Shown here: piece by piece, positions 17,263 to 26,669 of the stretch | How the letters are laid out: every line of letters begins with the position of its first letter | Numbering within the stretch: position 1 is the first letter of the stretch | Origin: a virus | DNA: 39,583 nt | IMG/VR virus record: IMGVR_UViG_3300005535_000012 | Span: 1 to 39,583 of that record | Reading direction: 5' to 3' (one strand) | Notes under the pieces: model-generated | Told to the model about the DNA's origin: nothing | What the model saw: only the letters and a program-made list of their open reading frames with translations | The model's database searches: none | Made by a program: the position numbers and the translations under genes

Positions 17263-18005
17263 GGCGAACTCCCGATATAGAAGTCGCCGTAGATATTATA
17301 AGTACCAGTCTGCTGACCTCGAAGCGCCGCAGGCATCTGCAACAGGGGAATTTGTGAATTTACCTGCTCGATGATGCGCATGGAAGCTTCGGCCTTCTTC
17401 TCGACAACCGGGTTCACCGGAAGCCCGTAGAAAGGGTAGAGCTCAAGCGTCAAATTCCACATCATCGCGGCCGAATATTCGGGCGGCAGCGAGATTTGAT
17501 CATTGATCGTGGTGAAATTCTGAAGCTGCTGCATCACTGTGATGTCGATCTCGTACTGATTGCTCGGGATCGGCCATACGAAGAGATTGGCGAGCGGGTA
17601 GCCCGCATCATAGAAGGCATATCGCGGGAACGAGTTCAGATCCTTCAGCGAGATGCGATCATAGTCCTCACGCGCTTTTAGAATCTCAAGCGGATAGCTG
17701 ACGGGAAGCGGCGTGTTGGTATTCTGCCGGAAATAGGCGAACTCCAGCTTGGCGGGGCGCACGATGTTGAAGTCGCCACCAGCCCCAACAGTGTATGAAA
17801 TTGCACCAGTCGCCTGCTTTGAAAGCGTGATGAGCTGGTAGACCATGTAACGCCGGCGCTGCCATTGCGCCAGCATCATGTTCAACAGGTTGAACGCATC
17901 GTTCATGTCCTCCGCAGACGCAACCTGCCCCACGCCAAGGACATTGGCTGTCCTCAGCGAAAGATTGATGATATCGGAAGGCGTCTTCGGGGAAGGGACG
18001 GTCAT
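17259..18005 (-). CDS. P22 gp4-like tail accessory protein, 248 aa
   Basis: INLSLRTANVLGVGQVASAEDMNDAFNLLNMMLAQWQ..., LPPEYSAAMMWNLTLELYPFYG. Confidence 0.78.
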   Translation of the reverse strand: MTVPSPKTPSDIINLSLRTANVLGVGQVASAEDMNDAFNLLNMMLAQWQRRRYMVYQLITLSKQATGAISYTVGAGGDFNIVRPAKLEFAYFRQNTNTPLPVSYPLEILKAREDYDRISLKDLNSFPRYAFYDAGYPLANLFVWPIPSNQYEIDITVMQQLQNFTTINDQISLPPEYSAAMMWNLTLELYPFYGLPVNPVVEKKAEASMRIIEQVNSQIPLLQMPAALRGQQTGTYNIYGDFYIGSSP

Positions 18006-18008
18006 GGA

Positions 18009-18731
18009 TTATCCAAGGCGTTCGAGCTTGACATGAATGGCATATTTCATCGCGCCGGCCGTGCCAGAAGCATAGCTACTCGTCTGGTAAGTGATGTTCG
18101 TGCCGCCCTTTGCATACATCACTTGCTGACCTTGGCCGAATGCACCAATTGCATTTGCGGTATTGGTCGACGAAACTGAGCTCGCCAAAAGGGGCGTACT
18201 GGAGTCCAAGTCTGTCCAGCCGATGCCGATACTAGGAAGAGTCGAGGATGCTCCGTCAGCAGTTGTTTCTACCGCATAGCACGATGCCCGATAAAGACCG
18301 CCTTCTGCTGACGGAACTGCATAAAGCGTGGCAGACGAGACGTTTGCAGACTGATTGACAAGATCGATCTTGGCGATGATGGCTGCGAGACCATTACCGA
18401 CCAAGGTATCTCCGTTGTATGAGGTAAGAGACCCTGCTACTTTGGAGACTGTCGGATTAGGATACGTGCCCCCCAAATCACCGCCTGCCGTGCCAGATGG
18501 AGTCGCGCTACCCGAAATATTTACGCCCGGACCAAGTGTCACACCATCGATCGTGCCACCGAGAATATTTACTCCATCCGATCGCTCAGAACTGAGCGAC
18601 TGATAGCTGGGCGGCAACGTCGTCCCAAGATCAATAAACGTCGTCGTGAAATAGTTGACGTTCTGCTTATAGAAGACACCATTCTGGGCGTAGACAATGC
18701 TATACGCTGAACTCGGGTCGAACGTTGCCAT
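18009..18731 (-). CDS. Hypothetical virion-associated protein, 240 aa
   Basis: AGGDLGGTYPNPTVSKV phage fibre-type motif. Confidence 0.65.
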   Translation of the reverse strand: MATFDPSSAYSIVYAQNGVFYKQNVNYFTTTFIDLGTTLPPSYQSLSSERSDGVNILGGTIDGVTLGPGVNISGSATPSGTAGGDLGGTYPNPTVSKVAGSLTSYNGDTLVGNGLAAIIAKIDLVNQSANVSSATLYAVPSAEGGLYRASCYAVETTADGASSTLPSIGIGWTDLDSSTPLLASSVSSTNTANAIGAFGQGQQVMYAKGGTNITYQTSSYASGTAGAMKYAIHVKLERLG

Positions 18732-18733
18732 GA

Positions 18734-19135
18734 TTAATGATTGGTCCAGTTAGTACCGTTGCACATGACTTCGACCACTACCGAGCCACCACCAGTTGCC
18801 GTCGCATTGTAGACCGGCGACGCCGCGCCATCCGTCTCAATCGCGATCAGGCCATTGCTCGACGAGTTGCAGGTCGGAAGCGTTGCATTCGTGAACTTGG
18901 CCGGCTGCATCAGCACACTCGCAGCATTCTGGCTGGACATCGAGCCAGCGCAGAACGGCAGCGACGCGCCGACCGAGACGCCCTGACCGTTGTAATACGT
19001 ACTGCCTTGCAGGAAAAACGTGCCGCACTGGTTGGTAATCGTCTGAAAGCCATTGCTCGGGTTGAACTGAGCATGGGCCGACATGGCGAAACTTGCACCA
19101 GCTACCGCAGCAGCGGCGATGAGAATCTTTTTCAC
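18734..19135 (-). CDS. Signal-peptide-bearing protein next to the capsid gene, 133 aa
   Basis: MKKILIAAAAVAGASFAMSAHAQ with a canonical AHA|Q cleavage site. Confidence 0.75.
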   Translation of the reverse strand: MKKILIAAAAVAGASFAMSAHAQFNPSNGFQTITNQCGTFFLQGSTYYNGQGVSVGASLPFCAGSMSSQNAASVLMQPAKFTNATLPTCNSSSNGLIAIETDGAASPVYNATATGGGSVVVEVMCNGTNWTNH

Positions 19136-19395
19136 GATTGATGCTCCTGGATGATTTGCTTCAGCTTTTCGATACCGGTTTTGTGGTGCGGATTCAGCCC
19201 GAGAGCCTTGGCTTCTGCCATCAGGGCATCCCGAAGGCTGTCAACGCTTGCTTCATCGGCAGCTTCATTGCCGACCGCAGCGTCTTCTTCCTCGCGGCTA
19301 TTCACTACAAGTCCCGAGCCGTCAGCCAACGTCACCCATTTCGGATATTCGTGGAAGACGTACGGTGCAGTGAAATTGCGCATGTTCGGATACAT
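19132..19395 (-). CDS. Hypothetical protein, 87 aa (possible head completion/minor head role)
   Basis: MYPNMRNFTAPYVFHEYPKWVTLADG..; follows the major capsid gene. Confidence 0.55.
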   Translation of the reverse strand: MYPNMRNFTAPYVFHEYPKWVTLADGSGLVVNSREEEDAAVGNEAADEASVDSLRDALMAEAKALGLNPHHKTGIEKLKQIIQEHQS

Positions 19396-19406
19396 CGACT
19401 GCCCCT

Positions 19407-19433
19407 AAAAAGGGACCGGGACGAACCCGGTCC
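19407..19433 (-). terminator. Intrinsic terminator after major capsid gene
   Basis: - strand: GGACCGGG-ttcgt-CCCGGTCC followed by CTTTTT. Confidence 0.85.
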
Positions 19434-19456
19434 AAGCACCACTCGGAGGAGACTCT

Positions 19457-20659
19457 TTAAAGAACGTCGGCTACAATCGATGCCCATTCCGGTCTAATAG
19501 CAGCAAACCCATACAGGACATCGAGCCTCGTGACCAAATTGTCCGACATCACGTCGTACGCCGTAATCATTCGCATCGCGACGCCATCGAACTCGGCGCG
19601 AGCCGACTCCACTACGCCTTGGGTGGGCATGACCAGATCGGCGGTTGCCAGCGTGAACGCTTCCGGATAGAAGGCCAGGTTCTGGCGATACGACGAGCCA
19701 GCAGCCATCACGAGCGAGATCGTTGCACCGTTAGCCGGCGATGCCGTAACAGTGTTGAACGCAGCCGGAGCCGGGACAATTGCCGGATAGATCGGGATCG
19801 ACGTAGCACCGCTTGCGACGTTAGCCGTGACCACGAACTGGCGCAGGACGCCTTGCGTAAGACCCGTGAGGCGGTTGATCGCGTTGACGCCGGCAATCGT
19901 GATGATGTCGCCTGCGTTCAGCGTGCCGGTGATGGCGTTGACCGTCAGCGTGTTGCCCGTCTGGTTGGCGCCGTTGACGGTGCCAGCCGTGAATGAACCG
20001 ACCGTATGGATCTGGGTCGTCTGGTCGCTGTACCAATCGAAGCCCAGCGTGTCGGTCGTGATCATGCCGGTTTCATACTGATCAGCAATCTTACGCTGCG
20101 GGTTGAACAGGCCAGCCAGCGACGTGACGGTGCGAGCTTCCGTCTGCATGTCCATGATGACCGTGCGATCCATGCGCGGCGCGAGGTTTTGCGAGAGCTG
20201 GGCCCCAGCATTGAGCCACGTGCCAGCATCCGGCGAGACTAGGTTGCCGGAGCCATCGGTCTTGAACGAGATGTTCGCAGCCGAATTCGAGACGCTGATC
20301 AGATCGCTTGCTACCGAAGCCGCAAGGCGGTTGATCGCAGGAGCCAGAATCCGCTCGCTGTAATCATCCAGCGACATCGTTTTCTCGGCCGTGCCGAACG
20401 AAACCGGGACATTCTTCTGCGTTGCCACAGTCAGCGTCGTGTTTTGCTCGTTCGTGCCTTGCGGAGTGATCGCCGGACCCGAGTTGACAACATAGTCGTT
20501 CGGGAGGCGGATCCGCAGCGTGTTGCCGATCTTGGCACCAGTGCGGGCGAATTGGTCGTCGTATTGACGGTTGACACGGCGAAGGAAGGCATTCGTCTGC
20601 GAGAACAGGCGAACAGCTTCGTTCGTAATTTGATTGATTGTGAGCAGAGAGTTGCTCAT
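19457..20659 (-). CDS. Major capsid protein (P22 gp5-like), 400 aa
   Basis: MSNSLLTINQITNEAVRLFSQTNAFLRRVNRQYDDQF..GNTLRIRLPNDY; GGAG RBS; ATG at 20659. Confidence 0.8.
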   Translation of the reverse strand: MSNSLLTINQITNEAVRLFSQTNAFLRRVNRQYDDQFARTGAKIGNTLRIRLPNDYVVNSGPAITPQGTNEQNTTLTVATQKNVPVSFGTAEKTMSLDDYSERILAPAINRLAASVASDLISVSNSAANISFKTDGSGNLVSPDAGTWLNAGAQLSQNLAPRMDRTVIMDMQTEARTVTSLAGLFNPQRKIADQYETGMITTDTLGFDWYSDQTTQIHTVGSFTAGTVNGANQTGNTLTVNAITGTLNAGDIITIAGVNAINRLTGLTQGVLRQFVVTANVASGATSIPIYPAIVPAPAAFNTVTASPANGATISLVMAAGSSYRQNLAFYPEAFTLATADLVMPTQGVVESARAEFDGVAMRMITAYDVMSDNLVTRLDVLYGFAAIRPEWASIVADVL

Positions 20660-20686
20660 ATTGATCTCCAAAGCAAAAACAAAGAG

Positions 20687-20816
20687 GCCATTTCTGGCGG
20701 CTTGTCCCTGCCCTGCGGAGACCAACTTGACGGGCTTACCCGACGATTGCGGCTCGTCTCAGCCTGAATACCCGGAAATAAATCCCTTCCGGTAACTGAA
20801 AGGGTAAGCCCGAAGT
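20687..20816 (-). ncRNA. Candidate structured leader/intercistronic RNA between scaffold and coat genes
   Basis: ACTT-(GA)-CGGGCTTACCC (20725-20741) pairs with GGGTAAGCCCG-AAGT (20802-20816); internal hairpins GACGA/TCGTC and CCGGAA/TTCCGG; GCCA-GAAA-TGGC hairpin at 20687-20698. Confidence 0.45.
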
Positions 20817-20825
20817 AAATAATGT

Positions 20826-21560
20826 CTAGCGCTTGCTCTTGCGATTCTTATTCCGCCACTCTACCCACTTCTTCGTATCGCTCGGATCGGGTTCGGTCGA
20901 ATCGCTCGCGCTGCTGCCACCCCCATCCACTGTCTGCACGGGCGGCGGTGCCTTGCTCACCTGCTTGCTGAGTGCTTTGGCAGCTTTCGGCGCAAGCTTC
21001 ATCATCTCAATACCCATCTGAACCGGATCCAGCGACGAGATGCGCATGGCTTCGTCGATGTTCTCGTTCTTGCCGAGATAGGTGACGAGCTTTTCGGCTC
21101 CATCAATTGAAGTAAGGACTTTCAGGAAGTCAACGCCCCCGACGCCGGCCATGTTCAAGTTCTGAGTGGCTTTTTCGAACTCATCGCCGAATTCTTTCGC
21201 GCCGGCTTCATTGATGCGAGCGATGCCGCTATTCAACGACTCGCTGGCCTTCTCTTCGTTGCGCAGGCGTTGAGCATAGGCGCGAGCGAGTTCTTCGACA
21301 TTCTGATTGGGCGATTGATGAGTTTGCTGAACTTCGCCGCCTGACTGCTGCGCCGCACGAAGACGATTCAGTTCAGCCTCCAGCTCAGCAGCACGCGCTT
21401 CCGCTGCCCGACGCGCCGCGGTGATCTCACTGATGCGCTTGGGCACCCATGAGGTATCAGGCCGTTCCTGCGTCTCAGTATGTTGCTGCTCAACCTGCTG
21501 AGTTTCTGTTTGCTGCTGCTCGGTCGATTCGGTCTGCTGTTCGCTCTGAACATCGCTCAT
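20826..21560 (-). CDS. Scaffolding protein, 244 aa
   Basis: Gln/Glu-rich coiled coil, basic C-terminus DTKKWVEWRNKNRKSKR, lies between portal and coat. Confidence 0.75.
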   Translation of the reverse strand: MSDVQSEQQTESTEQQQTETQQVEQQHTETQERPDTSWVPKRISEITAARRAAEARAAELEAELNRLRAAQQSGGEVQQTHQSPNQNVEELARAYAQRLRNEEKASESLNSGIARINEAGAKEFGDEFEKATQNLNMAGVGGVDFLKVLTSIDGAEKLVTYLGKNENIDEAMRISSLDPVQMGIEMMKLAPKAAKALSKQVSKAPPPVQTVDGGGSSASDSTEPDPSDTKKWVEWRNKNRKSKR

Positions 21561-21575
21561 TTTTCTCTCCGGTGG

Positions 21576-23759
21576 TTATTGCTGGGGCTGCTGAGTTGTT
21601 TGAGGTTCTTGAACTGGTGCCAAGACATTTTGAATGCCAGCGGCGTATAGATTAGCAGGATCCGTCATATCAGGCAGCACGCCAGCATCAGGATTGGATG
21701 CTCGCAGAATTTCTGCCAATGTCTTCCGAATAATAGGCTCAATAGCCCCTTCACCCATAGCGGGAACCAGCGCCTTGAGCCGGTCAGTCTCGGCCTTAAA
21801 TGCATCCAGAATGGCCTTGTTGTCATTCTCCATGCGCAGAGCGAGATGGTTAAGCGCATCCATGTCAACGCGCTTCTCTTCAAGCTGATGCTGCACATTT
21901 TTATCGTTCAATGCCTGGTGCAATTGATTGATGATCTGCGTGGCCTGCTGCAACTGCCCTTGAAGCTGCTGCACCTGAGGATCAACGCCTCCGAATACGG
22001 ACGGATTCGTAGCTTTAATCCAATTACGCATGCGCTCCGCGAGCTTATCAGCGTTAGGGAAATCCGCGTTGCTCATGTAGATATCGCCAATCACCTGAGC
22101 CATGGCCGGCTGAGCCGCCAATAGTTGCGTCTGGGCATCAAAAGCCTGCTCGCGACGCGTCTCAAAGCTCGGGCCGCTTTGGGCGATGACATTGTATCGA
22201 CCCACCTTCGGGTTGAAGATCGCTTTGATCTTTGCTTCGCCTTCGTCCTCCGACATTTGGAGCGATTGCTTTTGTTCTGGATCGATCTGGACTTGGCTTT
22301 CCTCGCCCGATTCCTCATCAGTGATAAGTAATGTGCGCCGCGTATCGTAATACTTCGGAATCAGGTCGATCAACTGGACGCCAGTGAAGCGGATCGCATC
22401 TGCCATGGCATCCTGATAGTTGAAAGTGACGCGCTGGCCTTGTTTCTGGCGCTGCTCGATCGCCACGCCGGCAACTTCGTTTCCTTGTTCGCTGAAAGTG
22501 GCTTCATATTGGCCCGACGCCATCATCATCTGATGTTCGGCAGCCTGCATTCCTTCAAGATAGACAGGAGCGCTAGTCGGCGGCTGCTGACGTTTAGGCT
22601 CAGGGATGGGATTGCCATTCTCGTCAGCATGGTTGTATGGCAAATAGGCGTGATTCTGGGTATTCGCTGTGGACCAATAGTTCTCAAGCCCTTCGACGGC
22701 CTCAACAGGAGCGGTATAAGGCGATTTCGACTGCAATGCGCCATATTCCAACGCGGCAGAAGCGTTGTAGTTGTAAGCCCGCTGCGAATCTTTGAGATAT
22801 CGCGTCAAGCCCTTTCGATCGAGGCGCCCTTCGATGACGATTTCCTCGCCAGGCACGCGAATGATCGGGATGTACTTCCCAAGCCATACCGAGGTCTCGA
22901 CAATCTCGTCGCCAACGATCAGATACCAATTGACATGCCATTTCGGGACGCGGCGCCGCTGGGCTTTGCCATCCTCCATAGCCTGAGTCAGGATATCGCG
23001 AGCCTCGACAGGGATGGTTGACTCTCGAACGAGCGTCGTGCCGCCGTCATCCTGATCAATCGCATACAGCCATTCGCTGCCTTCTTCGCGCTCGTAATAT
23101 TCGGCCACACGGATCGAATCCTTACGCGTCCATGCTAGCTCCCCTTCGCCCATCACGGCCTTGGCGGATGCCTTCGGATACTTCTTCTCAGCCTTCTCGC
23201 GCGGCATGTCATCAAACACGAACGCATAATTGGCGTCAGATCCATCCGTCTTCTTGATGTGCGGATCCATGTAGATCGATAGCGGATCTTGCACTTCCCG
23301 GATGAACAGGTCTTGGTCGAAGCTGTCGTCATCGACGTAATCCGAGACGATGCGCCAGTATCCAATCCCCGCGCCCACCTGAAACTCCATCGCCTTCTTA
23401 TAGGCTGCCTTGGCGTTCGAGATGTATTCGATGCGACGCACAATTTGCTGGAAGATCTGGGCGCTCTCATATGTCGATTCATTGCCAGTCGCGCTGATGC
23501 GGACAGACGGCTGATTCTCTTTGCCAAAGTTGACGACATGCAGCCAGTGCGTGTGCGTCTTGTTGATCGTCACCATCGGCTGACCGGCGAGCTGGCGCTG
23601 TGCCCGCACTGCGGCATTCCACTGATCCTGGTTGTCAGGGTCAGCAAATAGGAACCGAACGTCGTCTTTGAAGCGCGAGCGAGCCGCCTGCTCCCATTCC
23701 ACGCAGGCTGAAAAGCGCTCGTGCGCTCGCTTGATGATGTCTTTCTTGCGCTCAGCCAT
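21576..23759 (-). CDS. P22-type portal protein, 727 aa
   Basis: RFSACVEWEQAARSRFKDDVRFLFADPDNQDQW, QPMVTINKTHTHWLHVVNFGKENQPSVRI.. Confidence 0.88.
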   Translation of the reverse strand: MAERKKDIIKRAHERFSACVEWEQAARSRFKDDVRFLFADPDNQDQWNAAVRAQRQLAGQPMVTINKTHTHWLHVVNFGKENQPSVRISATGNESTYESAQIFQQIVRRIEYISNAKAAYKKAMEFQVGAGIGYWRIVSDYVDDDSFDQDLFIREVQDPLSIYMDPHIKKTDGSDANYAFVFDDMPREKAEKKYPKASAKAVMGEGELAWTRKDSIRVAEYYEREEGSEWLYAIDQDDGGTTLVRESTIPVEARDILTQAMEDGKAQRRRVPKWHVNWYLIVGDEIVETSVWLGKYIPIIRVPGEEIVIEGRLDRKGLTRYLKDSQRAYNYNASAALEYGALQSKSPYTAPVEAVEGLENYWSTANTQNHAYLPYNHADENGNPIPEPKRQQPPTSAPVYLEGMQAAEHQMMMASGQYEATFSEQGNEVAGVAIEQRQKQGQRVTFNYQDAMADAIRFTGVQLIDLIPKYYDTRRTLLITDEESGEESQVQIDPEQKQSLQMSEDEGEAKIKAIFNPKVGRYNVIAQSGPSFETRREQAFDAQTQLLAAQPAMAQVIGDIYMSNADFPNADKLAERMRNWIKATNPSVFGGVDPQVQQLQGQLQQATQIINQLHQALNDKNVQHQLEEKRVDMDALNHLALRMENDNKAILDAFKAETDRLKALVPAMGEGAIEPIIRKTLAEILRASNPDAGVLPDMTDPANLYAAGIQNVLAPVQEPQTTQQPQQ

Positions 23760-23762
23760 GTT

Positions 23763-25103
23763 TTAGCCCATCCAATAGCCAGGCGTCACCCGGCCATGAT
23801 TGACGACCCCTGTCGGGCGTGTTTTGTGTTCTTTGCGCGGAGCCTTGGGCTCACGGAGTGCCACAGCCATATATCCAAATGCATCTGCCGCGTGAGAAGC
23901 CCAGTCGTGAAGCGGCTCATTGCTGAACTGCTTCGTCTCTTCGTCCACGTTGTAGCGGTAATTGTTCAGCGCGTCCAAGCCAATCGAACATTTCTCTTGG
24001 TCGAAATAGATCATCGGGAAGATGGTGCGAGCGGCTTCGATGCGCGTGTCGATCGATGTCTTCGGCACAGTCCGCACCTTAAAACCAGCATCGCGGAGCT
24101 GCTGAGCAACTGTACGCTTGGACGCCAACAGCTCGTTGTTAGCGTCATGAGGAAGCCAGCAGTCGCCATACACATAGCGCTTGCCTTGTAGCTCGATAGC
24201 ATATTCGCTGATGTGCTTGCCAGTTCCTTCGAGATAATCGATCACGCGGTACTCGAACGGCCCAAGCTGGGCGAACCAGATCGTAGTCTTGTCTGCACGT
24301 CCCAAATCCCAGAAGAGATGCACCGGCTTACTCGGATCGTATGGCACCCGCATGATGCGCGAAGCAGCCTCCCGAATCTCGCGAGCGTAGACAGCACCCA
24401 AGATCGGTGCCTCAAACGAGCACATGAACTCTTGGTCGAACAGAGCATTGCCCATGGCCTCGCCGAAGTCTCGTACATATTCGGCGCGGAGTTTGGCTAG
24501 CTTCTCGGCATCATACTGGCCGGTATCTACCGCCGTGAGGATTTGCGCAAACGCATCAGGGTCACTCTGAGCACCTTGATATGTGGTGTAGGCATGGTTC
24601 TTTCCTCGAGGCGTCGTGATGAATATCTGCCAGCCATTGTTCTCGGCAATGATCGGCCGTAGATATGCCTTCGCCGCAGGATTCGAAAGCGCCCATTCAG
24701 AATAGACAATACCTACCGGCGGCGCACCCACCATAGCATTATAGTTGTCCGATCCAAGAACCTGCCATGTCGAGCCGTTGATGAACTCGATATACATCTC
24801 TTGGTCATTCTTCTTGCGCCGGATGGCCTCGGGGAATGCCTCATCGATACGCTTCTTCCCAGAGCGCGGATTCACTGCATTCCAGATAGCCTTGCGAGCC
24901 TGAGCCGCCATCGGGAGCATATGCCAGTAGCAGCCGATGCGCTCAAAGGCTGCTACCGCAGTTCGATGGAGAGCAACCTCATCCTTACCACTCCGGCGCG
25001 CCCAGATCAGCTCAGCATGCTTGCCGCCGCGCTCTAGGTAGTTCCATGCTTCGCGCTGATATCCTCGCGGCACCCAATTATTCGGCAGCTGGATCGTCGT
25101 CAC
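23763..25103 (-). CDS. Terminase large subunit, 446 aa
   Basis: YQREAWNYLERGGKHAELIWARRSGKDEVAL, IVYSEWALSNPAA, IFITTPRGKNHAY; DLGRADKTTIWFAQ nuclease region. Confidence 0.92.
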   Translation of the reverse strand: MTTIQLPNNWVPRGYQREAWNYLERGGKHAELIWARRSGKDEVALHRTAVAAFERIGCYWHMLPMAAQARKAIWNAVNPRSGKKRIDEAFPEAIRRKKNDQEMYIEFINGSTWQVLGSDNYNAMVGAPPVGIVYSEWALSNPAAKAYLRPIIAENNGWQIFITTPRGKNHAYTTYQGAQSDPDAFAQILTAVDTGQYDAEKLAKLRAEYVRDFGEAMGNALFDQEFMCSFEAPILGAVYAREIREAASRIMRVPYDPSKPVHLFWDLGRADKTTIWFAQLGPFEYRVIDYLEGTGKHISEYAIELQGKRYVYGDCWLPHDANNELLASKRTVAQQLRDAGFKVRTVPKTSIDTRIEAARTIFPMIYFDQEKCSIGLDALNNYRYNVDEETKQFSNEPLHDWASHAADAFGYMAVALREPKAPRKEHKTRPTGVVNHGRVTPGYWMG

Positions 25104-25371
25104 CTTTCGCTCCGAATCGAATGATCTGAATGCTGAATGGCTCCCCTTCGGGCCCGCTTACCTCAACGGCTTGGGCAGCCTTGCCATAGGCGCGGTCCAT
25201 GATCTCTTTGGAAGCGGCAATACGCGCAGTGTCGTTCTCACTATCGCGCATGATATTGACGAGCGTATCAATGGCTTCCGGCCCATATTGCTGAGCCAAC
25301 GACTTGACCTCGGCAGTGCTCTTGTTTGGCGTGCCTTTCTGGCGTCCTCCGGTTTTTATTCCCTTGGCCAT
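25078..25371 (-). CDS. Putative terminase small subunit, 97 aa
   Basis: GGRQKGTPNKSTAEVKSLAQQYGPEAIDTLVNIM; overlaps start of TerL. Confidence 0.72.
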   Translation of the reverse strand: MAKGIKTGGRQKGTPNKSTAEVKSLAQQYGPEAIDTLVNIMRDSENDTARIAASKEIMDRAYGKAAQAVEVSGPEGEPFSIQIIRFGAKGDDDPAAE

Positions 25372-25388
25372 AGATTTTCTATATAGCT

Positions 25389-25580
25389 CTACTTCAGACC
25401 ATAAATTTTTCCCGCACTTACCCGGTTCGTCAGCACATGCCAGTAGATTGCATTAGCTGCCATCCGAGCGGCCGATTGACGTGCTTCTTGCTCAAGTACA
25501 TCCTCAAGAGTTGCGCCCATGAATTCAGTGAGTTCCGAGCGGCGACGAATTCGATGTTCGAGATTGTTCTTTTTCATCAT
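25389..25580 (-). CDS. Hypothetical protein, 63 aa
   Basis: Tight operon spacing. Confidence 0.55.
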   Translation of the reverse strand: MMKKNNLEHRIRRRSELTEFMGATLEDVLEQEARQSAARMAANAIYWHVLTNRVSAGKIYGLK

Positions 25581-26041
25581 CAGTTCCCGATCGGTACATT
25601 CGATAGGCCGTAATGAACAGAGACGCGTACGGAAGCAGCGGTGAGGGCAACGCTCAATGATACGGAGATCGTGCTTCCACTCGTGCTGCTGGCCCAGAAA
25701 GCCCCAGGAGAGCTAGTCTGGCGAATTACCGTAGGCTGAGCGGGAGAAGCGGCAGCAGACGGGAAATAGGCGCGCAGCGTGGCGAGCGCTCCGTCCACTG
25801 AATCAGTGACGCTAATCAGATTCATCCCAGCTGCTCCAATCGTCGCAGTCGGATCGATTGTGATCTGAACTGCGGGGATGAACACATATTTGCCTGCCGG
25901 CACAGTGATCAGCGTTTGAGGGCTCGTCCCGCTAGCAGAATTGAGGGTAACGGCGGCGAACTTGGTGGGGATGAATTGCCCCAGAAGTTGGCGCGTATAT
26001 CCTTGCGGGTCGGCGTATTGGATTGTGATGCCTTGGCTCAT
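25580..26041 (-). CDS. Hypothetical beta-rich protein, 153 aa (possible virion decoration)
   Basis: PQTLITVPAGKYVFIPAVQITIDPTA.. Confidence 0.6.
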   Translation of the reverse strand: MSQGITIQYADPQGYTRQLLGQFIPTKFAAVTLNSASGTSPQTLITVPAGKYVFIPAVQITIDPTATIGAAGMNLISVTDSVDGALATLRAYFPSAAASPAQPTVIRQTSSPGAFWASSTSGSTISVSLSVALTAASVRVSVHYGLSNVPIGN

Positions 26042-26223
26042 TTCTTTTTCATCCCTTTGAGGGTTTCAGCCAAACGAGCCCGCTGGCCTTCTTTGCCGCC
26101 CTTCTTCGCGGCGGCTGCGAGCTTCTTAGCGGGGATCTTCTTCCCTTCAGGAACCCCAAGTTCCTTGTGCAAGGCACCGGGTTTCTTGATTGCGCCCTTG
26201 ATCCAATTCTTAGCCATTTTCAT
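26038..26223 (-). CDS. Small Lys-rich protein, 61 aa (MAKNWIKGAIKKPGALHKELGVPEGKKIPAKKL...)
   Basis: Recurrent phage small protein pattern, ATGA overlaps. Confidence 0.7.
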   Translation of the reverse strand: MKMAKNWIKGAIKKPGALHKELGVPEGKKIPAKKLAAAAKKGGKEGQRARLAETLKGMKKK

Positions 26224-26437
26224 GCCCCGGCATTTTTATCTTGATCGTAGTCTTTGATGATTCAACGCCACAGGACTTCCTCAGATCAGAGAGACGATTG
26301 GACATTTCAAAATCCTTGTAATGCCGATCCATATCTTTAAGAAAGAGGAAAAGCCCCCGATTGATCACCTCAGCCGAGAGAAGGGAGTTGATCGGAAAAA
26401 AATCGATCGACCCATCCTTCCGGATTGTCGCACTCAC
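26210..26437 (-). CDS. Hypothetical protein, 75 aa
   Basis: Overlapping operon ORF. Confidence 0.55.
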   Translation of the reverse strand: MSATIRKDGSIDFFPINSLLSAEVINRGLFLFLKDMDRHYKDFEMSNRLSDLRKSCGVESSKTTIKIKMPGHENG

Positions 26438-26622
26438 TTTGACGTCCCGCGTTCTTTCGGCGCGCGGATACCGTTGATTTTGACAGGCTCAGGCTTCGGT
26501 CCTTTCGGGGGCGTGCCCCCATGGAAAGCACCCGCTTTAGCCGTGCGCGACGCGTGCGCGCAATTCGCTGCTGCCTTCATGTTGCTGTCTTTGCCGTCAC
26601 CGCCCTTGTCATATGCCGCCAT
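26434..26622 (-). CDS. Hypothetical protein, 62 aa (MAAYDKGGDGKDSNMKAAANCAHAS...)
   Basis: GGAG RBS before ATG at 26622. Confidence 0.55.
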   Translation of the reverse strand: MAAYDKGGDGKDSNMKAAANCAHASRTAKAGAFHGGTPPKGPKPEPVKINGIRAPKERGTSK

Positions 26623-26644
26623 GTCGCTCTCCAAAAATGGGAAG

Positions 26645-26660
26645 ACCGCCGACTGGCGGT
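26645..26660 (-). terminator. Small hairpin ACCGCC-gact-GGCGGT, possible terminator or 5' hairpin
   Basis: 6-bp GC-rich stem; ATTTTT only about 6 nt beyond it on - strand. Confidence 0.35.
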
Positions 26661-26669
26661 TACTATGCG

